A stretch of 29,982 nt of DNA from Chiloscyllium plagiosum (lineage: Eukaryota), in NCBI RefSeq assembly GCF_004010195.1, contig NC_057750.1:1572417-1602398 (forward strand), written 5' to 3'. Numbering within the stretch: the first letter of the stretch is position 1; each line of letters opens with the position of its first letter. Made by a program: the position numbers and the translations under genes. Below are positions 21,789-29,982 of this stretch, piece after piece. The notes beneath the pieces are model-generated. The model saw only the letters and a list, made by a program, of their open reading frames with translations, searched no databases and had not been told where the DNA came from.

Positions 21789-22086
21789 CAGTGGTTAGCA
21801 CTGCGGCCTCCCACTGTCAGGGACTTGGGTTCAATTCCACATTCTCCCTGTGTCTGCGTGGGTTTCCTCCAGGTGCTCTGGTTCCTCCCACAATCCAAAC
21901 ATGTGCTGGTTAGGGTGGGAAATTGCCCCATAGTGTCCAGGGATGGGCAGGCTAGGTGGGTTAGCGATAGGAAATGCAGGAATACAGGGATAGGGTGGGT
22001 GGTATGGGTCTGGATGCTCTTTGGAGGGTTGGTGTGGACGTGATGGGGCTGAATGGCCTGCTTCCACACTAAAATGATTCTATGAT
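21789..22086 (+). mobile_element. HE1-type SINE
   Basis: CAGTGGTTAGCACTGCGGCCTC head, standard body and GAATGGCCTGCTTCCACACT tail. Confidence 0.88.
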
Positions 22087-23279
22087 GATAATTACCCGGT
22101 GTTCTCGCTGTCCCTTCTGTAAAGCATCAGGCAACATGGCAGGCACTCAGTTTGGTCTGACTGGGATATTCCTGTTTTGGAAGTCCCCCCAACACCAACA
22201 TAATTGATGCCTGGTGTTAAAGCTGAGAGGAAGCGGGGGGGCTGGGTTGGAGGTGGGGAGTGGGGTGGCACGGTGGATGGTGAGCTGAAGGGCGGAGGTT
22301 TTGGCCAATGTTAGACCCAAGGTGAGTGCTTTATACCATTTCAGACATGCACAGTCGTCAGTGAAAAGGGCAAACCCAGCTCAGCTGAGCAGGGGGAGCA
22401 CTTTAACAAATGGCTGTGAGTGTGAGGCAGCAGCTTTGGCCGGGTTGCTGGTACCGCCAAGCAGATGGGCATGAGGGTGAGGGCACGGTGCTTTGGCACG
22501 GCACAGGAAGGCAGGCGGCAAGCAGCTGCTGCCTCTAATTGCCTCTCCCTCATCAACATGCGGAACGCAGTGTCCCACACTGGCACCGTGCCAGCCGGGT
22601 GAAGCTTACTGTCATACAGATTGATCTGACCTCAAAGCCAGGGCATCCCGGACAGGGCCTGTATCAGGACAGAAGCCTCCTGAGCTGATAACTGCCCGCA
22701 CTCTGCACAAAGAAGAGGGCAACCTGCAGTTTCCAAAATTATAAACATTTGTACTGGAGTCACCCACTCATTTCTGACCGTGCCTTATCCAATAAACCAT
22801 GTAGTTTCTGGAACAGGCTGCCCGGCAGTCCTAGCTCCCTCCTGATTGACCAGGCCCTGCATCTGGGTATCAGTTACAAACACGTAGAATATGTTAAATC
22901 TATCAATGACCAGCCACCGACCTCATCCAGCTCTAAATGTCTCCAGCTTTCCGGAGTTACCAAGACATCTGTTGGAATTTGTAGATTAATCTTTCAGCGA
23001 TTATAGTATTGGCAAAACTGAAGCACTGGCAGATTCAATCTGTGACTGAACAGAGCTCCACAAAACAGGAGAAGGCATTGTTAGCAAGGGAGTGAGCACT
23101 GTGTATATAACATTGTGGGCACTGGTGTGTCAGCAGCTTTAGTCTCATGATGGAGTCTGCAGAGGCTCAGTGGATGTTATTCTCAAATCTCCTCAAGGAC
23201 TTTACCCCTCCCTCCCTGTCTCTATAACCTCAGTGACTTGCGAGATCTCCACACTCCTCCAGTTCTGGCCCCTCTCTTT

Positions 23280-23635
23280 TCCTTATTCATTCACAGGGTG
23301 AGGGCACCACTGACCAGGCCAGGAATCATTGCCCATTCCTAATTGCCCAGAGGGCTGTTTAACAGCCAGCCGCATTGTTGTCAGTCTGGAGTCATGTTTA
23401 GGCCAGACTAGGTAAAGATGGCAATTACTTCCCTAAAGAGCATTAGTGAACCAGGTGGGTTTTTCCAATAATCCACAATGGGCATCATTAGACTCTTAAT
23501 TCCAGAGAGTTTTTTTTAACAGAATTAACATTCCGCCATCTGCTGTAGCAAGATTCGAACACAGGTCCCCAGGACCGTTAGCTGGATCTCTGGATTAATA
23601 ATCTCGTGAGAATAACACCAGGCTATCAGCTCCCC
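23280..23635 (-). mobile_element. tRNA-derived SINE (same family as 11616-12116)
   Basis: ATTGCCCATTCCTAATTGCCC...GGAGTCATGT...CCATCTGCTGTAGCAAGATTCGAAC. Confidence 0.8.
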
Positions 23636-23639
23636 TATC

Positions 23640-23905
23640 AGGGCTCAAGTTTCAGTGTTGCGCTAGAGGAGAAAGATTTATAAAAGACACGAGGGGCAAA
23701 TTGTTTACATGAAGGGTGGTTCGTGTGTGGAATGAACTTCCAGAGGAAGTGGTGGCTGCAGGTACAGTTAGAATATTTAAAATACATTGAGATAAGCACA
23801 TGAATAGGAAATGTTTGGAAGGATATGGGTCAAGTGCAGGCAGGTGGGTCTAGTTTACTTTGGGATAATGGTCAGCATGGACTGGTTGGACTAAAGGTCT
23901 CTATT
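23640..23905 (+). mobile_element. CR1/HER1 LINE 3' end
   Basis: GTGTGGAATGAACTTCCAGAGGAAGTGGTG encodes WNELPEEVV. Opposite-orientation homologue of 9420-9720. Confidence 0.85.
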
Positions 23906-24169
23906 GAGTCAAAGCTCTCTAACATTCTCCATAGACCTCTCAATGACGTCAATGATCTTCAGTTCCCCTAATGTTTTACTTGCTCTCAAATAAGGTTTCA
24001 TAATTATTCGTGTTTGGTGCCTTAGGACATTTTCACACATTAAACAACCTATAACTAATTATGATAATACCTGTTGGTTTTATGGACACTGAAGGTTCCA
24101 CTCTCACACTCTGAAGTCTGCAATCTGCAGGAATGCGAGGTCATAAAAATACAGAAACATAGGTGCAGC

Positions 24170-25980
24170 AAGTTTTGAGAAGATGTTTTCAGCTCAGATT
24201 GAGGTTCCAGATATAAGTTTGCTGGCTGAACTGGAAGGTTCATTTTCAGATGTTTCGTCACAATGCTAGGTAACATCTTCAATGAGTCCCCGGTGAAACA
24301 CTGGTGGTATGGCCCCCTTTTTATTTATGTGTTTAGTTTCCTTGGGTTGGCGATGTGATTTCTTGTGGTGATTCTATTTCCTGTTCTTTTTCTCACGGGG
24401 TGGGAAATGAGATCCAAGTCAATGTGTTTGTTGATAGAGTTCCCATTGGAATGCCATGCTTCTAGGAATTCTTGCGCATGTCTCTGTCTTGTCCTAGGAT
24501 GGATGTGTTGTCCCAGTTAAAGTGGTGTCCTTCCTTATCTGTATGTAAGGATATTAGTAAGAGAGGGTCATGTCGTTTTGTGGTTAGTTAATGTTCATGT
24601 ATCCTGGTGGCTAGTTTTCTGCCTGTTTGTAGTGTTTGTTACAGTTATTGCACGATATTTTGTAAATGACATTAGTTTTGCTTGTTGTCTGTATAGGGTC
24701 ATTCAAGTTCATTAGCTGCTGTTTTATTGTGTTGGTGGGTTTGTGGGCTACCATGATGCCAAGGGGTCTGAGTAGTCTGGCAGTCATTTCTGAGATGTCT
24801 TTGATGTAGGAGAGAGTGGCTAGGGTTTCTGGACGGGTTTTGTCTGCTTGTTTGGGTTTGTTGCTGAGAAATTGGCGGACTGTGTTCATTGGGTACTCGC
24901 TCTTTTTGAATACACTGTATAGGTGATTTTCCTCTGCTCTGTGTAGTTCCTCTGTGCTGCAGTGTGTGGTGGCTAGTGAAATAATGTTCTAATGCAGCTT
25001 CATTTGTGGATGTTGGGATGATTGTTTCTGTAGTTCAGTGTTTGGTCCATGTGTGTTGTTTTCCTGTAGATGTTGGTTTGAAGTTCCCCATTGGCTGTTC
25101 AATCCACTGTGACATCTAGGAATGGCAGCTTGTTGTTGTTTTCCTCCTCTTTAGTGAATTTTATGCCAGTAAGGGTATTATTGATGGTCTTGAAGGTTTC
25201 CTCTAAGTTGTTTCGTTTAGTGATGACAAAGGTATCATTCACGTAGCGGACCCAAAGTCTGGGTTGGGTGGTTGGCAGAGCTGTTTGTTCGAGTCTCTGC
25301 ATTACTGCCTCTGATAAGAACCCTTATGTCAGAGATCCCATGGGGGTTACGTTGGTTTGGCTGTAGATTTTGTTGTTGAAGGTGTAGTGGGTGGTAAGGC
25401 ATAGGTCTGATGATACTGTCCTTGCTGATGAAGTTAGTGGTGTTTGGTGTATGTGTCTTTGGGTCTTCTAATAGTGTAGTCAGTATTTCCTTGGCCAGGT
25501 TGATATTGACTAATGTGAACAGGGCTATTATGTCAAAGAGGGCTATTATTTCATCCTCTTCCATCTTGGTGTTTTTGGTCTTCAGGAATTCTTGGGTGGA
25601 GTAGATGGAGTGGCGTGAGTGTGTAAGTATCTTAGTCTTTGGTATAGCCCCTTGGCCAACCTGTAAGTTGGTGTTCCAGGTAGCGAGGTTATGGGTCTGA
25701 GGGGGGCTCCTGGTTTGTGAATATTTGGTAATCCATAGAAGCATGGTGTGTTGGATCCATCTGGTTTCATTTTTTGGAAGTTGGTCTTATATATTTCTCC
25801 AGATTTCTGATGGTTTTTGAGTAGGGCTGTGACTCGGTTCTCTAGTTGTGGGGTCGGGTCTATCACCACTTGTTGGTAAGTGTTAGTGTTTGTAAGCGGT
25901 GCTTTCATTTTTTCAATGTAGTCTCTTTGATTTAAAATGACGTTTTATCCTTTGACTTTGTGTGCAGGTTGGATAACAAT
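24170..25980 (-). mobile_element. Penelope-like retroelement, 5'-truncated and frameshifted (RT + GIY-YIG endonuclease + 3' terminal repeat)
   Basis: FYGLPNIHKPGAPLRPI (25582-25908), LWVRYVNDTFVI...KFTKEEENNNKLPFLDV (25099-25302), and NVIYKISCNNCNKHY (24611-24889) followed in another frame by TGRKLATRIHEH. Hammerhead-like motif at 24247-24284. Confidence 0.93.
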
Positions 25981-25994
25981 ATTTTTATCTTTAT

Positions 25995-26600
25995 CTAACA
26001 TAGGAGCAGGAATAGGCCATTCAGCCCTTCCAGCCTGCCCGACCATTCAATACAATCATGGCTGATCATGGCAGGCAATCTCAGTATTCCATTCCTGCCC
26101 CCCCTCTTATAGCCCTTGATCCCTTTAGCCCCAAGGGCAATACCCACCTCCCTGTTCAATCTACCTGATGAACCAGCCCCAATAGCTTCCTGTGGGAGGG
26201 AATCCCACAGGTTCCCAACTCTCTTCTTCCTAATCTCAGTCCTGAAGGGCTTCCCCCTTATTCCTAAACTGTGACCCCTAGTTCTGGACTTCACCAACAT
26301 TGGGAACATTCTTCCCACATCTAGCCTGTCCAATCCCAGCAGGATTTTATATGTTTCTGAGATTCCCCCTCATTCTTCTAAATTCCAGTGAGTACAAGCT
26401 CAGTTGATCCAGTCTTTCCTCACGTGGTCGTCCTGCCATCCCAGGAAGCAGTCTGGTGAACCTTCGCTGGACTCCCTCAGTAGCAAGAATGTCCTTCCTT
26501 CAGATGAAGAGATCAAAACTGCACACAATGTTCAAGGTGTGGCCTCACCAAGGCCCTGTATATCTGCAGCGAGACATCCTCACTCCGACACTCCAACCCT
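25995..26600 (-). mobile_element. CR1 LINE 3' fragment
   Basis: ORF 25995-26333 (SRTRGHSLGIRGKPFRTE...LWDSLP) plus the CR1 3' UTR. Confidence 0.88.
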
Positions 26601-26709
26601 CTCACTGCGACCGTCAGTATGCCATCACGCACAGACTTGTTAAAAAGGAGACGGTGTTAAACTGTAAATGGAAGATTGATTCAATAATCCAACTATAACA
26701 AAACAACAA

Positions 26710-27020
26710 GGCACAGAGGCACAGAAACCAGGAGCAAGGGGAGACCATTTGGCCTTTGAGCCTGCTCTGCCATTCTGTGTGATCACAGCTGATCATCAAA
26801 CTCTTTGGGATGTAGGCAAATCCTATGGAAAAGACACCCTGCCATTCACCTTACTTGTACCCCTCAGGATTGTATAAACCTCTATGAGGTCACCCCGCAA
26901 CTTCCAACCCTCCTTTTAACTCAAACCCTACATTCTTGGTAAATCCTGGTAAATGTCGTCTAAGCCTTCTCCAGCTTTAAGAATATCCTTCTTGTAGCAG
27001 GGTGTCCAGAACAGCGATCA
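26710..27020 (-). mobile_element. CR1 fragments
   Basis: A CR1 tail (GACCATTTGGCCTTTGAGCCTGCTCTGCCATT) and a segment homologous to about 18735-18960. Confidence 0.7.
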
Positions 27021-27100
27021 AGACTGTGGTGCTGGAAAAGCACAGCAGGTCAGGCAGCATCTGAGGAGCAGGAGAATCAACGTTTCGGGCACCTTCCTGA

Positions 27101-27423
27101 TTAGATTAGATTAGATTAGATTAGATTACAGTGTGGAAACAGGCCCTTCGGCCCAACAAGTCCACACCGACCCGCCGAAGCGAAACCCACCCATACCCCT
27201 ACATTTACCCCTTACCTAACACTACGGGCAATTTAGTATGGCCAATTCACCTGACCTGCACATCTTTGGACTGTGGGAGGAAACCGGAGCACCCGGAGGA
27301 AACCCACGCAGACACGGGGAGAACGTGCAAACTCCACACAGTCAGTCGCCTGAGTCGGGAATTGAACCCGGGTCTCTGGCGCTGTGAGGCAGCAGTGCTA
27401 ACCACTGTGCCACCGTGCCACCC
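27101..27423 (-). mobile_element. Young full-length HE1-type SINE
   Basis: CpGs retained, (TTAGA)5 tail on +, and intact head GGGTGGCACGGTGGCACAGTGGTTAGCAC on the minus strand. Confidence 0.95.
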
Positions 27424-27426
27424 ACA

Positions 27427-27454
27427 CTGATGAAGGGCTTATGTTTGAAACGTC
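27427..27454 (+). ncRNA. Minimal type I hammerhead-ribozyme-like motif (probably impaired)
   Basis: CTGATGA-A-GGGC-TTAT-GTTT-GAAA-CG-TC. Both core strands and the GUC cleavage triplet are intact. Stem II has three G-U pairs and one C-G pair. Confidence 0.6.
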
Positions 27455-27644
27455 GACTCTCCTGCTCCTCGGATACTGCCTGACCTGCTGTGCTTTTCCA
27501 ACGCCACACTCTCGACTCTGATCTCCAGCATCTGCAGTCCCCACTTTCTCCTACCTGACCAGAACAGGACACAGTATTCCAGGATCCTACAGAAACGTCA
27601 AGGAACATGAGAAAGAGACAGCAAGGAAAAGTGAAAGAGTGGGT

Positions 27645-27672
27645 GGGGGGGGGGGGGGGGGGGGGGGGGGGG
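27645..27672. repeat. G28 homopolymer
   Basis: Directly visible; the length may be unreliable. Confidence 0.9.
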
Positions 27673-28429
27673 AGGAAGCCCAGCCAGTGATTTGGGTATT
27701 TTTATTCCAAGAGTAGAACTCAGATCCCCTAAATAAAAACGTACAGTTTTATTTTCCCCTGCAGTTCCATTCAATCTTAAAGCAGCGATCCTATTGCGAG
27801 TGCTCTATTCAATCGCAGCAGGACAGTAGGAGATGGGGCTGTCCCCTCCTGCCTGTTTGCATCATTAGCCCAGCAGATAGACAAGACGCCAAATGGTTAC
27901 AGGGGGTGGATCTGAAAGGAGTCACTGAAATGGGTGAAGGAAGTCAGCAAGTTTAATTATACTGCAGATTATTATCACACCGATGCTTAACACTGTGGAA
28001 TAATTGAGTGCTAAAGCAGTCCTGCACAATCCTTTATACAGCAGAGGTGCTTTGATTTAGACAGTGACAATGTAAGAAGGAAACATGATAAGTACTAATG
28101 GTTTTCACGACAAGCCCATTGTTCTCCTTAGACAGCAGACAAGGTCATAGAAACAATGGCTTTGTAAAGTGCTGAAGCTGTGAGTGTACTCAATGGAAAG
28201 ACAGCTTGCTGTTCCAAACACTTCCATTCTTAATTGGCCTTCACTGGACCTGCTGCTCCAAATATTGTTTGAAATTTTAATTTGGGTCTCTGCATGTCAG
28301 GACAGAAACACTCCTCATCAGCAACATCCAATGATGGGTGTCAACTCCCAGGTTTCTCAAAATGATTGCTTTGTAACGAACCATAGTGCAGCGGAGAATT
28401 CTCCATCGCCTGGTCACTACCCGACTGCA

Positions 28430-29072
28430 CCTTTATCAAACACTCACAGGGCAGGGACAGCATGGGGTTAGATACAGAGTAAAGCTCCCTCTACATTGTC
28501 CCTCATCAAACACACCCAGATTAGGAACAGCACAGGGTAGAATACAGAGTACAGCTCCCTCTACACTGTCCTATCCTCACCCCGTCAAACAGTCCAGGGC
28601 AGGGATAGCACAGGGTTAGATACAGAGTAAAGCTCCATCTACACTGTCCCCCATCAAACACTCTCAGGGCAGAAACAGCACAAGTTTACATACAGAGTAA
28701 AGCTCCCTCTACACTATCACCCATCGAACACTCCCAGGACAGGGACAGCATGGGGTTAGATACAGAGTAAAGCTCCCTCTGCACTGTTCCCCATCAAACA
28801 CTCCCAGGACAGGGACAACACGGGGTTACATACAGAGTAAAGCTTCCTCTACACTGTTCCCCCATCAAACACTCCCAGGACAGGGACAACACGGGGCTAA
28901 ATACAGAGTAAAGCTCCCTTTACACTGTCCCCATCAAACACTCACAGGACAGGGACAGCACAGGGTTACATATAGAGTAAAGCTCTCTCTACACTGTCCT
29001 GCCCCCTCCCCGTCAAACAGTCCCAGGGCAGGGATAGCACAGGGTTAGACACAGAGTAAAGCTCCCTCTACA
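28430..29072. repeat. About 70-bp satellite, 9 units (ATCAAACACTCCCAGGACAGGGACAGCACGGGGTTAGATACAGAGTAAAGCTCCCTCTACACTGTCCCC)
   Basis: Anchor TACAGAGTA or a one-base variant at 28473, 28543, 28621, 28691, 28761, 28831, 28902, 28971 and 29050. Confidence 0.95.
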
Positions 29073-29982
29073 CATTTTTTGATTGATCACCAGAATTCCT
29101 GCTGTGCTGATATTCAATGTCTCACCATCAGATCCTGTGGGAATGTGGTCCTGCTGCAGCCCATGTGATGTTGGTATGGACCAGCGTTCCTTGGATCTAT
29201 CCAGGCTGATGGAAGATTCCTCAGATCTGCTCAAACTAATGGAGGATCCCTTGGATCTACCCGGCCTGATGGAGGATTCCTTGGATCTACCCAGGCTGAT
29301 GGAGGATCCCTTGGATCTACCCAGGCTGATGGAGGATTCCTTGGATCTACCCGGCCTGATGGAGGATTCCTTGGATCTACCCAGGCTGGTGGAAGATCCC
29401 TTGGATCTACTCAGCCTGATGGAGGATCCCTTGGATCTACCCAGGCTGATGGAGGATCCCTTGGATCTACCCGGCCTGATGGAGGATTCCTTGGATCTAC
29501 CCAGGCTGGTGGAAGATCCCTTGGATCTACTCGGCCTGATAGAGCATCTCTTGTATCTACCCAGGCTGGTGGAGGATCCCTTGGATCTACCCAGGCTGAT
29601 GGAGGATCCCTTGGATCTACCCGGCCTGATGGAGGATTCCTTGGATCTACCCAGGCTGGTGGAAGATCCCTTGGATCTACTCGGCCTGATGGAGGATCTC
29701 TTGGATCTACCCAGGCTGGTGGAGGATCCCTTGGATCTACCCAGGCTGATGGAGGATCCCTTGGATCTACCCGGCATGGTGGAGGATCCCTTGGATCTAC
29801 CCGGGCTGATGGAAGATCCCTTAGATCTACCCGGGCTGATGGAGGATCCCTTGGATCTACCCAGGCTGGTGGAGGATCCCTTGGATCTACCCGGGCTGGT
29901 GGAGGATCCCTTGGATCTACCCGGGCTGTTGGAGGATTCCTTGGATCTACCCAGACTATTGGAGGATTCCTTGGATCTACCC
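29013..29982 (-). CDS. Candidate coding exon: Ser/Arg/Lys/Gly-rich decapeptide repeat (GRSKGSSISL)n with a unique tail
   Basis: The frame of ORF 29013-29777 stays open to the window edge and continues into a non-repetitive tail WSIPTSHGLQQDHIPTGSDGETLNISTAGIL. No homologue was recognised, and one + frame is also open. Confidence 0.35.
   Translation of the reverse strand, partial: GRSKESSNSLGRSKESSNSPGRSKGSSTSPGRSKGSSTSLGRSKGSSISPGRSKGSSISPGRSKGSSTMPGRSKGSSISLGRSKGSSTSLGRSKRSSIRPSRSKGSSTSLGRSKESSIRPGRSKGSSISLGRSKGSSTSLGRYKRCSIRPSRSKGSSTSLGRSKESSIRPGRSKGSSISLGRSKGSSIRLSRSKGSSTSLGRSKESSIRPGRSKESSISLGRSKGSSISLGRSKESSIRPGRSKGSSISLSRSEESSISLDRSKERWSIPTSHGLQQDHIPTGSDGETLNISTAGILVINQKMCRGSFTLCLTLCYPCPGTV
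29191..29982. repeat. 30-bp tandem repeat TTGGATCTACCCAGGCTGATGGAGGATCCC, at least 26 units, runs off the window
   Basis: Exact 30-bp periodicity with no indels. Confidence 0.98.

Larger units (their letters stand above)
27021..27552. mobile_element. Fold-back Penelope-type element (P1) split by an HE1 SINE
   Basis: Inverted arms of about 70 bp at 27021-27091 and 27442-27512. Confidence 0.8.

Noticed and set aside
22341..22723. Minus-strand frame open except for one TGA, suggesting a possible selenocysteine
   Set aside because: No selenoprotein motif, no SECIS recognised and no homology; a single stop is expected by chance.
27645..27672. G28 run as a functional G-quadruplex
   Set aside because: Homopolymer length is unreliable in assemblies and there is no supporting context.

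Overview
Vertebrate, almost certainly elasmobranch (shark) genomic DNA, inferred from nine HE1-type tRNA-derived SINE copies or fragments and many HER1/CR1 LINE pieces. Most of the window is decayed mobile DNA: CR1, L2, Rex1/Babar, a Penelope-like element with RT and GIY-YIG, a Gypsy RT fragment, solo LTRs and several SINE families. It also contains tandem repeats and a 69-N gap. No host protein-coding gene could be recognised. The best coding candidate is an indel-free 30-bp repeat at the right end that is open on both strands. The most notable signals are: (1) a 26-copy minisatellite whose unit pairs an AP-1/Nrf2-Maf (ARE/MARE) site with a CTCF-core-like site, next to an enhancer-like motif cluster; (2) minimal hammerhead-ribozyme motifs with covarying stem II in four Penelope-type terminal-repeat families, several as short fold-back elements; (3) an interstitial telomeric array inside a LINE tail. 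Family names come from recognition by eye, not database searches, and boundaries are approximate.
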